Translations under genes and position numbers: made by a program
Part shown: positions 1 through 10,900 of the stretch, piece by piece
Numbering within the stretch: the first letter of the stretch is position 1
How the letters are laid out: every line of letters begins with the position of its first letter
Assembly (NCBI GenBank): GCA_964036045.1
Contig: OZ038378.1
Location: 49,662,001 to 49,726,000, forward strand
Direction of reading: 5' to 3'
From: Eutreptiella sp. 'Long Island Sound 2002'
Lineage: Eukaryota; Protista; Euglenida
DNA length: 64,000 bases
The notes under the pieces: generated by a model
The model's database searches: none
Told to the model about the DNA's origin: nothing
The model's input: only the letters and a program-made list of their open reading frames with translations

Positions 1-2
1 GT

Positions 3-185
3 AGTGCGAAACGTGCAACTCCAGGGAAGGCTACGAGCAATGGGGCACAGCAGTCTGCGACTGGCGGGGAGAAGTCCAACAGTGAAGGCGCCGCTGGTGA
101 TCCTGCTGACACTGTGAAACCCAAACAACTTGGATTTACCAATTGGACTACCCGGATCAACAGGGATGCTGCAGCAAAGAAGTAA
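3..185 (+). CDS. Possible 3' terminal exon of an upstream gene (frame open from the window start)
   Basis: Frame 3 is open from base 3 to TAA at 183-185 and reads SAKRATPGKATSNGAQQSATGGEKSNSEGAAGDPADTVKPKQLGFTNWTTRINRDAAAKK*. The composition is hydrophilic and protein-like; no family recognised. Confidence 0.3.
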   Translation, partial: SAKRATPGKATSNGAQQSATGGEKSNSEGAAGDPADTVKPKQLGFTNWTTRINRDAAAKK

Positions 186-1008
186 TCATGTTTCTTGATG
201 CCATAAAGACTGGTCCAGTGCTTTGCACTACAACGCTGTCAGTGTTCGTCTTGCACAGTCATGCACTTGTCCGTTGGTTTTGTTGTTACACAGCACTCAC
301 AATACCTCTGCTTGGTTTGCACCTACTATTTCTTTGTTTTCCTCAGGAAGTGCTGGCACCAGCTACTCTTTGCCCAATCGCTTGTTTTCATTGCCATTTT
401 TCCAGGTGTTGGTGCTGGCCCCAGCTGCTGAGCTGGATTTTCATGTAAACAGCCCTGTCTTTCAGGTACAACAATTTACAGGTGAATTTCGCATATACTT
501 CGCAGCGGTGACTCCTATGTATGGTTGTGTATGTGCATATGATACTACTAGTGTATTACAAAGCATACGATTCGAAGTTCCCAATGTGGAAATAGAGACA
601 CTGTGTCAACGTGCTTGTTCGTGTCCACAGTTGAGGGGGGGTCCAGAACAGCGTGATTTTACAGCTTCCTGTTTACATGGTGCAATGAGCCCTACATGTG
701 CTTTTCCTCCGATATCACACCTTCAATCCAGGAAATGGGAACTGGGTTCAATAGATGAAAATGAAAGAAACGTGTTTGAGACCCCCCCAAAAGGCCCTGT
801 TTTTGTGCCTACAATAAGACACCATCAAAATGAGCCCACAGACCCCCCCATCGGGTGCTGGCACCAGCAGCACACGAAGATGCTAGTCTGCCACCTATGC
901 TTCCGTGAAGGTGGGCAGTTTGCGTGGCCTAAGTCATAGGCGTTCGCCGCTTCATTTGCGTGATCCGCGTTCCGGTTCCATGCTTTTGGACATGCTTCTG
1001 GAGAACAT

Positions 1009-1590
1009 TTGTACGTTTTTCGTGTCCTTGAGGTTCTGGAGTCCGCATTGGTGGAGTACGGGATGACGCTGGGACGGCTAGAGAAGCACTATGGGGTGTG
1101 CTTGAGCGCGGACGCAAATGGCCGGAAGGATGCTGCCACTGCCACCTTGCTGCAAAGTCACGTGAACCCGACCGCTGTGCAAGGTTTGCTGGCCTGCGGC
1201 GTTAAAAACCCGCCATCCGCCTCGGCCGCCCGGGAACACCTGGAACGGGTCTGCCGGACGTGGGGGCACCGCGCGATCACGAATGGGATCCTCAAAGGGA
1301 TGTCCGTTTTTACCGGCTGTGTGGAGGCCCTGGAGAGGCCGCTCGTCGCGCTCGCGGCAACGGAGCTAGGGGGCCCGGAGCTGCACGGGGTCCCCTTGGC
1401 GGCACTGAAGGGGCAGCATCCCATGGGGGGGCGGAAGCGTCCGCCGCCCTCCCTTGCGAGCCTGGCCGCCGAAGATCTCGTGGACATGAGTACCGACGAC
1501 CTCAAAGAGAGATACAAGAACCGCGAGGAGGAGCTGCCGCCCACAGGTGCGTGGAGGATGATCAAGAAGAGGGAGTTGGCGACGCAGCAG
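1009..1590 (+). CDS. Putative exon of an uncharacterised, probably transposon-borne gene
   Basis: GC-rich stop-free frame with natural composition (LESALVEYGMTLGRLEKHYGVCL...EDLVDMSTDDLKERYKNREEELP). It ends at a canonical-looking donor CAG|GTATGC at 1590/1591, after which composition changes. The 5' boundary is uncertain. Confidence 0.4.
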
Positions 1591-3189
1591 GTATGCTGTG
1601 TTCTGTACATTCACTTTTTGTGCCTCCCAACACGCCTCGGGAGCTGCTTTTGATTGTTATGCGCGTTCGCCGCGTGCCTCTCGTTCCTGTACTCGTGCTT
1701 CCGGACGATCCTCCAGGGGTAAAATCGTTGTTGTCTGTGATTTCCTTGCAAATGGTGGTGGATGTTGGGAACGCTCGTAGCACAACCTAGTTGCGTTCGC
1801 CAACCCTGTTGGGGTACCCCCATCTGCCGCGCCCGTTCCCGCACCACGACCACCACCACCAGCACCACCCCTACGAACCCCAGGATCAACCCCAAGAGCG
1901 GATTTCGGAGCCGGAGCGGGACCCGTACGGGAAGATGGAGGGGGAGTGGGAGTGGCACCGGCGGGGTAAGGAAGAGGGGTACGTGGAGCACAAGGAAACG
2001 GAAGAGGGGGATCGGTGGGAGCAGTACGACCGACCACTGGCGGAAGCAATGGCACATTCTGGTCCGATGGGAACCAAACCACGTAGGGCACCTGTGTGTT
2101 CCGTGTTCTGCATGTCCCCCCACTGTGATTTCGATCAGGCTTCTAGAGGCGTCGGCCTCGCTTTCCGCGTCATCCGCGTTCTGTTTTTGTGCTTCCGGTC
2201 ATGCCTGTGGGAGCGGCCGCACCGTCCTGCACGCTTTTGGCGTCGCCTCTACGGGGCCCCGCGCCGATAGGGATCGGAGCATCACGCCGCTGGAGCAGAG
2301 GATGTCGCCGGTTCCCGTGAAGACTGAAGAGATTGAGACGGAATCTGTCGAAGAGAATGTGATGCTGGAGGTAGGTGTGAGTTCCTGTTATGTCGGCGTT
2401 CACGTTGCGCGCGTTGCGTTGCGATGCCTCCAACCCTGCTTCTAGGAGCGGTTGCCGCGTTTTTCCCGTTTTCCGCGTCATGGTTGCCCTGCTTCCGCCA
2501 TGCTTCCAGAATCGTTACGGTCGTTATCGCCGTTCTGTTTGTTGTCCACATTCTGTAGTAACACCCGAGAAGAAGGTGACGGCCGTCGGAACCGACTTCG
2601 AGAGTCCAATGACCTAGCAGACGCCGGGTTAAACGGAGTCCGCGGCCTCCTGGCCGGATGCGGACGAGGCTGCCGGGCGTACGCCGTCCCAGCCCCAGCC
2701 CGTGGCGCCCGCATGGGGCAGCCCAATGCCAACACCCCTTACCCAATAGCCCCCCCACTGGTGGCAACGCGGGGGTCGCTCTTCGGGGCCCGTCCGTTGA
2801 ACCGGCCACCAACGGCCCCATAGCGCTGTCAGTCGATTATTACACCACCACCAGTCGCAGCCAACCCGCATGGTAGGAAGGCGGAGAGATAACATTGATA
2901 AATACACGTTTTGTTTGGAAAAAGAATGTGACCCACCACTATGTGCGCTATCGGCATTCTCTGTGCTCTTTTTTGTGCGCCTCTCGCATGCGTCAGAAAG
3001 CTGATGGGTGTGTTGTACGTGTTTTCCGCGTTATGTACATTCCGTTTAGTGTGCCTCCCAACGTGCCTCCAGAAGCTGTTAGTGTGCCTCCCAACGTGCC
3101 TTCAGAAGCTGTAGGACTTGTGTTCCGCGTATTTCGTGTGTTCCGTGTCTCTCATCATTGCTACCAACATCATTTTAATGCACCTTGAA

Positions 3190-4547
3190 ATGCCCCTTAA
3201 TGTGTAAGCTGGTCGCCTCCGCAAGGAGGATCGTGCCACTTCAATGGAGTTGAGTTTACGACCTGGGGATTCCAAACTTGATGAGCTGGACACGGATGGT
3301 ATATTGGATTACATGATGAAGCCCATCGTGGATGCCCAAGAGGCCGTCCTCCAAGCTCGGGCAAGGGACGACCTCACCCCCCGAGTACCACATTACAACA
3401 CCTTCTTGCTATTGTTGGGCATGGTGCGGCCCATGCAGGTAGATGGTGTATGGGACCGTGATGCGTTGGTGTACAATGCCTATGTAGCACACGTGCTATC
3501 CCGGGGGCAATACTATGATCTACACAAACATTGTCGCCTGGATGTTGTGGACCGTATCGAGGCAGTTAGTGCCCATTGGGCTGCAGCATGGACCATGGGT
3601 GCCGCAGCCATGGGGGATGAAACCCTAGTGCCGCATAAGGGCCTTAGGGCAGGCCCCCTCAAGATGTACATTGTGCGGAAAACGCACAACACCGGCATGA
3701 AGCTTTATTGCTTGGCTGATGCCGGTACGGGGTACATTGTGGACTGGTACCTTTACACCGGACGTCGCGGTGTCCTCCGCCGACACGGTTGTGCTGCTGG
3801 CCACCTCAACGCCGGACAGCTTATGGCCATTTCGTGAACAGAGCTGCCGGCCTACACGGTCCTTGTAGGGGACTCATTCTTTGGGTCACGCGCCACCGCA
3901 CAACGGCTTGCGTGTGAAGACCGGCCCTTCATCACCATGGTCCGAAAGGACACAGCCGGTGTCCAGCAAGGAGGAGAAACCATCCAGCCCGTGCACACGG
4001 CTGTGGCCACGGTTGACGGCCACAAGTACGCCCTGCAGGTGTACAAGCAGCCCAAAACTAGAGGCAAGCCCCCCAAATTGGTGCCTATCCTATCCAACGA
4101 GTGGTACGCTGCGCGGGGGCCCCTTCACCACACGGGCCGGGAGATCCAACCCCTCGTTGCTGCGTACCGCCAAGTGGCACAAGGGGTGGACTCTGACAAC
4201 GAGATGGCGTTGTAGATGCGCCTCTTGGGGAGGCAATGTCCTGATCTCCAGCCGTGCGAGGCTTCTTGCTGCGATATGCCGCGGCCAACGTGTTTGCAAC
4301 TTGCCGCACCCTAGAACGGTGCCGTGGCACCGATAGCATGTTGGGGTGGCAGTGGGCCCTCCTTCGCCACCGGTACTGTACCGATGCGCAGACGCGACAC
4401 ACCATCCACGTGATTCCACCTGATGCCCACAATCCGATAGCCACCATGGCTGTGGAGTCCGGGGACATGGTGTCGCTTTGCGATCCTTTGTGGCTTGACT
4501 TGGAGAACCCCTTTGGCAAGCAGGCCCACGTTCTGCAGCAAAACTAG
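3190..4547 (+). pseudogene. piggyBac-family (DDE_Tnp_1_7-like) transposase pseudogene
   Basis: All three catalytic Asp motifs lie in one frame: GDETLVP (D at 3616), GDSFFGS (D at 3871) and QGVDSDN (D at 4189). Also KMYIVRKTHNTGMKLYCLADAGTGYIVDWYLYTG, PILSN and, after a frameshift, RGFLLRYAAANVF. ATG at 3190; stops at 3205 (TAA), 3835 (TGA), 4213 (TAG) and 4242 (TGA); frameshift near 4232. Confidence 0.85.
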
Positions 4548-5559
4548 GTCCCGCCGGACTAGCCGTTCTAAGGTGCACAAGCGATCGATTCCAGCTTCGG
4601 TTGGCATGTCACCCCCAAGATGCCGCGCGGCGAACCGTCGAAGAGAAGCCGGTGTTAATGAAATGCTTGTGCAACAACACATATGCACTTTTGTGCGGTG
4701 CACAGTGGGTGCAGGGATCATTGGCAAGTGAGGTGTGAGCGCAGCTGTGGTAAGGTGGAAGTGTGCCATGCTGCTTGTGTTTGGATGCTCGGGGGGGGGG
4801 GGGGGGGGTTGCAAGAGGGTACAAGCTTCTGTTGGCTTCCCACACCGCCAAACACACATACAAGTAAAATTGCGGGATTAGCCAGCGGGTACATCAGTTG
4901 TGTCCTAATGTATCGACAGATGAGTCTCTCCATACTGTACCTTAGCCCTTGGAGTACATGAGGCCCAAGCAATAAGAACTGGATGGGTAGAAACGGGCGG
5001 GTGACTCATTGGTTAGAAAACAACAGAACACCACAGAAGCACAAGGCCCAACGTCGTGAAGGAAAACAAGACTTCTGCATGGGCCGAAATATCGTTTCGT
5101 ATGCAGGCAGACACAAGAACAAGGGAATGCGCGGGATCGGGCAACATAAAATATTTTGACCCACTCTCCCCGCGCAGTATCCCCGCACAACTTGGTTTGC
5201 ATACAACTGCCCAACGCATTTCAACCCTAAAGCAACGCCCCGTCCCCCCAAAACACCCCAAAAAGCCGCCTTACGGAACACACAATACATACAGGGTCAA
5301 CCAAGCACAACAACAGGCCCCGCCGGGGTCGACCCCCCCCCCCCCCCACAGCGGAAGCACACCCACTCCTCCCCAAGGGAAGCATACTTGGCGAGCGATC
5401 AACATCCGTGTGCCAACTCTGCCTCCCCGCTTCCTCTTCGACCTCATCCTCCTCCTTCTTGACGGCGATTGATGACCATGCGGTGGCGTGCGTGTCGCGC
5501 ATCCGGGCCCAGTGTGGTGCGGAGAGCTCAATGGCCCGCTTGCGCGTCTCGTACCTCAA

Positions 5560-6560
5560 CAACATGTAATCCAGGGAGTTTTTTTGGATGTTGTGCCACC
5601 GGAGGAGTCTCATGGTTGCAATTTTTGGGTTGTGCCATTGGGGCAATCTGTGCCCTGCCTCCTTGGGGACATTCCTTGCGATGTGGCATTGTGGTAGTCA
5701 CGTAGAGTGTGCCATGGGAGGAGTTTTTTTTTGGATTTTTCATGGGGGCAATCCCTTCAAATTTGTCATTTGGGAGTTGTTTTGGGGTGTGTTCTGCCAT
5801 TGCAGGAGTCTCTCAAGATGTGTGGTTAGGGCACTCCATTGGCAAAATGTCAATGGCACGGTCTATTGGAATGTGTCAGTTGGGGTCCCTCGGGATGTGT
5901 CAATGGGGCGTTAAATTGAATTTGCCATTGAGGGAGTCTGTTACGGTGTGTATCATCGGGGAAATCTCATGGATCGTGCCGCTGGGGTCTCCTAGGATAT
6001 CACAATCAATTTCCATGTGTCACTGCATAAATACTGTAGCATATGTCATGATGCAATATTTTAGGATGTGCTAGTTGAGGTGTCTCTTGGGATGTTTGAT
6101 TGCGTTATTCTCTTGGGATGTGCCATGGGTTTTCCTGTTAGGCCGTGCCAGTGGAGGAGTCTCTTAGGCCGTGTTATCGGGGTATCTTCTCGAGGTGCCA
6201 CCTCGGGGGGTCACTTGGGTTGTGCCATTGCACGAGTCTCTTAGGATGTGCGGTGGCGGCAAGCTCTTGGGATGTGCCATTGGGGTGATCTTTTGGAAGG
6301 TCTCATTGGGTGGTCTCTTTTGATTTATGATTGCGGTCATCTCTTAGAATGCAGCATTATTTCGAACTCTTAGGATGTGTGAATAGAGTAGCTTCTTTAG
6401 TGGTGCCATGCAGACTAATTAGACTAATATCACGCAAATGGGGGGTCTCCGGGGATGCAACATTGAGATGTGCGAGTGGGGTAGCTCCTTAAGATATGCC
6501 ATTAGGGCAAGCTCTCAGGATGTCATTGGGTAGGTGTCATGGGATGTGTCATAGAAGCCA
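5560..6560 (+). repeat. Diverged older copy of the macrosatellite sequence (left flank)
   Basis: 5655-6200 is colinear with, but clearly diverged from, 7440-8065 of the repeat unit. Shared anchors: GGGGACATTCCTTG, GCCATGGGAGGAGT, GGTCCCTCGGGATG, GGAAATCTCATGG, ATCGGGGTAT. Rich in the CTCTTGGGATGTGCCATTG motif. Confidence 0.8.
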
Positions 6561-7760
6561 TGTCTCCACATGTGGCATTGAAGGGTTCTCTTACGATGTA
6601 GTAGTACAACAAGCTCTTGGGATGTACATACCATTTCTTGGCCTATATTATTGCGGTGCTTCCTTTGGATGTGCCATTGTCGCATTCTGTTGGGATGGTA
6701 CACACTGTTGGGATATATACATTCTTTTCAGATGTATGATTCTAGCAGTCTCTTTACAGGGCAAACTCTTGGGATCTCCGGCATTAGGGACAATTTGCGC
6801 TGATGTGTGATGGCTTTGAGCCATGGAATGTCGCATTGGGGGAACGGGCAATGTCTTAGCATGCATCAATCGGGCCATCTCTTGGGATGTGCCCTGAGGG
6901 CGATATCTCACAATATGCCATTGGGGCATTCCTTTGGCTACTCATATTGGGAAACTATAGGCATTGTAGAATGGGTGACATTTTGCTGCAACATTGGGAC
7001 AACATGAGAAGGAACAATGACAACAATATAGGGATCATTGCTTCTGATAAAAAATGTTCCCGAGGGGTCATTCTTTTGAGGCAAAATTTGAAACTTTGTG
7101 TACAGGGGCAGAGGAAGAGCATAAAGCCATGTTGCATCATGGCGGTGTAGAGGACCTATTTATGCAACAGGCAATTTCCAATGGTGGATGATCCCGTGGT
7201 CGAGACCCAATCTGTGAAAATACCCATCCCGGAGGGATTTCGGGGCGCCAGAATGGTGTGTCGCATATCTCCGAATTTGCACCAGCTAGCGAAGGCAACA
7301 TCTTCGTGGAGGCAGATCCACAAGTATTTGCTTACGAAAATGTGCTTCCCGGATGTTGCGCCATTGGTGGAGTCTCTGGGGATGTGGCATGGTAGCACGT
7401 TTTTGGATGTGCAATTGGGGCAATCTTCTTTGGTGTATCATTGGGGACATTCCTTGTGGTGCCACATTGGGGGATTCACTTACCCTGTGCCATGGGAGGA
7501 GTCTTTGGAACGCCTCATGGAGACAATCGCTTGACATGTGTCATTGGTGGGATGATTTGGGGTGCCCCTCTCTAGGAGTCTCCTAAGATGTGTCCTTAGG
7601 GCACTCGTTTGGGAGAATTTCAATGGCGCAACCTATTGGAATATGTCATTTTGGGGGGTCCCTCGGGATGAGTCAATTCGGCATTACTTTTCATGTACCA
7701 TTAAAGGAGTCTGTCATGACGTTTGTGATTGCGGAAATCTCATGGGTTGTGCCTTTTGAG

Positions 7761-7970
7761 GGGTCTCTTTGGATGGCATAATTACTTCAGATGTTTCATT
7801 GCATAAGTGTTTCAATATTGGTCATGATGGCATCTCTTGGGATGTGCTTGTCATTGCGGGATTAGGGGTCTCTTTGGATGGCATAATTACTTCAGATGTT
7901 TCATTGCATAAGTGTTTCAATATTGGTCATGATGGCATCTCTTGGGATGTGCTTGTCATTGCGGGATTGT
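7761..7970 (+). repeat. 105-bp internal tandem duplication in unit 1
   Basis: GGGTCTCTTTGGATGGCATAATT starts at both 7761 and 7866; ORF 7769 shows a 35-aa repeat. Confidence 0.95.
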
Positions 7971-10900
7971 TTTGGAATATGTCATGGGTTTTTTCTCTTA
8001 GAATGTGCCAATACAACACTCTCTGAAGCATTGTCATCGGGGTATTTTATCGAGATGCCAAAGGGGGGGGGTTCAGGTCCGCAATTTTTCGTGATTTCCC
8101 GCAACTTGGCAAATTTTGGCAAATTTTGGCAACATATCGCAATTTTTTGCAATTTTCCACAATTTTTCCTCAATTGCTTTCAGCGTGTGCACTTTGTGTG
8201 CTTGTTGGTGCCCTTCCCCTTTGCGAACAGCTGTTGTATGTCTCCACATGTGGCAAATTACGGGTTCTCTTACGATGTAGTAGTACAACAAGCTCTTGGG
8301 ATGTACTTCCTATTTCTTGGCCTATATTATTGCGGTGCTTCCTTTGGATGTGCCATTGTCGCATTCTGTTGGGATGGTACACACTGTTGGGATATATACA
8401 TTCTTTTCAGATGTATGATTCTAGCAGTCTCTTTACAGGGCAAACTCTTGGGATCTCCGGCATTAGGGACAATTTGCGCTGATGTGTGATGGCTTTGAGC
8501 CATGGAATGTCGAATTGGGGGAACGGGCAATGTCTTAGCATGCATCAATCGGGCCATCTCTTGGGATGTGCCCTGAGGGCGATATCTCACAATATGCCAT
8601 TGGGGCATTCCTTTGGCTACTCACATTGGGAAACTATAGGCATTGTAGAATGGGTGACATTTTGCTGCAAAATTGGGACAACATGAGAAGGAACAATGAC
8701 AACAATATAGGGATCATTGCTTCTGATAAAAAATGTTCCCGAGGGGTCATTCTTTTGAGGCAAAATTTGAAACTTTGTGTACAGGGGCAGAGGAAGAGCA
8801 TAAAGCCATGTTGCATCATGGCGGTGTAGAGGACCTATTTATGCAACAGGCAATTTCCAATGGTGGATGATCCCGTGGTCGAGACCCAATCTGTGAAAAT
8901 ACCCATCCCGGAGGGATTTCGGCGCGCCAGAATGGTGTGTCGCATATCTCCGAATTTCCACCAGCTAGCGAAGGCAACATCTTCGTGGAGGCAGATCCAC
9001 AAGTATTTGCTTACGAAAATGTGCTTCCCGGATGTTGCGCCAGTGGTGGAGTCTCTGGGGATGTGGCATGGTAGCACGTTTTTGGATGTGCAATTGGGGC
9101 AATCTTCTTTGGTGTATCATTGGGGACATTCCTTGTGGTGCCACATTGGGGGATTCACTTACCCTGTGCCATGGGAGGAGTCTTTGGAACGCCTCATGGA
9201 GACAATCGCTTGACATGTGTCATTGCTGGGATGATTTGGGGTGCCCCTCTCTAGGAGTCTCCTAAGATGTGTCCTTAGGGCACTCGTTTGGGAGAATTTC
9301 AATGGCGCAACCTATTGGAATATGTCATTTTGGGGGGTCCCTCGGGATGAGTCAATTCGGCATTACTTTTCATGTGCCATTAAAGGAGTCTGTCATGACG
9401 TTTGTGATTGCGGAAATCTCATGGGTTGTGCCTTTTGAGGGGTCTCTTTGGATGGCATAATTACTCCAGATGTTTCATTGCATAAGTGTTTCAATATTGG
9501 TCATGATGGCATCTCTTGGGATGTGCTTGTCATTGCGGGATTGTTTTGGAATATGTCATGGGTTTTTTCTCTTAGAATGTGCCAATACAACACTCTCTGA
9601 AGCATTGTCATCGGGGTATTTTATCGAGATGCCAAAGGGGGGGGGTTCAGGTCCGCAATTTTTCGTGATTTCCCGCAACTTGGCAAATTTTGGCAATTTT
9701 TGGCAACATATCGCAATTTTTTGCAATTTTCCACAATTTTTCCTCAATTGCTTTCAGCGTGTGCACTTTGTGTGCTTGTTGGTGCCCTTCCCCTTTGCGA
9801 ACAGCTGTTGTATGTCTCCACATGTGGCATTGAAGGGTTCTCTTACGATGTAGTAGTACAACAAGCTCTTGGGATGTACTTCCTATTTCTTGGCCTATAT
9901 TATTGCGGTGCTTATTTTGGATGTGCCATTGTCGCATTCTGTTGGGATGGTACACACTGTTGGGATATATACATTCTTTTCAGATGTATGATTCTAGCAG
10001 TCTCTTTACGGGGCAAACTCTTGGGATCTCCGGCATCAGGGACAATTTGCGCTGATGTGTGATGGCTTTGAGCCATGGAATGTCGCATTGGGGGAACGGG
10101 CAATGTCTTAGCATGCATCAATCGGGCCATCTCTTGGGATGTGCCCTGAGGGCGATATCTCACAATATGCCATTGGGGCATTCCTGTGGCTACTCATATT
10201 GGGAAACTATAGGCATTGTAGAATGGGTGACATTTTGCTGCAAAATTGGGACAACATGAGAAGGAACAATGACAACAATATAGGGATCATTGCTTCTGAT
10301 AAAAAATGTTCCCGAGGGGTCATTCTTTTCAGGCAAAATTTGAAACTTTGTGTACAGGGGCAGAGGAAGAGCATAAAGCCATGTTGCATCATGGCGGTGT
10401 AGAGGACCTATTTATGCCACAGGCAATTTCCAATGGTGGATGATCCCGTGGTCGAGACCCAATCTGTGAAAATACCCATCCCGGAGGGATTTCGGCGCGC
10501 CAGAATAGTGTGTCGCATATCTCCGAATTTCCACCAGCTAGCGAAGGCAACATCTTCGTGGAGGCAGATCCACAAGTATTTGCTTACGAAAATGTGCTTC
10601 CCGGATGTTGCGCCATTGGTGGAGTCTCTGGGGATGTGGCATGGTAGCACGTTTTTGGATGTGCAATTGGGGCAATCTTCTTTGGTGTATCATTGGGGAC
10701 ATTCCTTGTGGTGCCACATTGGGGGATTCACTTACCCTGTGCCATGGGAGGAGTCTTTGGAACGCCTCATGGAGACAATCGCTTGACATGTGTCATTGGT
10801 GGGATGATTTGGGGTGCCCCTCTCTAGGAGTCTCCTAAGATGTGTCCTTAGGGCACTCGTTTGGGAGAATTTCAATGGCGCAACCTATTGGAATATGTCA

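Noticed and set aside
3190-4547. TGA=Trp or TAG read-through genetic code
   Set aside because: All three stop types and a frameshift occur in the same ORF, and TGG is used for Trp here and in the C2 exon. Pseudogenisation is the simpler explanation.
2626-4658. GGGTTAA (2626) and GGTGTTAA (4651) as piggyBac termini
   Set aside because: No matching inverted partner (TTAACCC or TTAACACC) was found on the other side of the transposase, so the element ends remain undefined.
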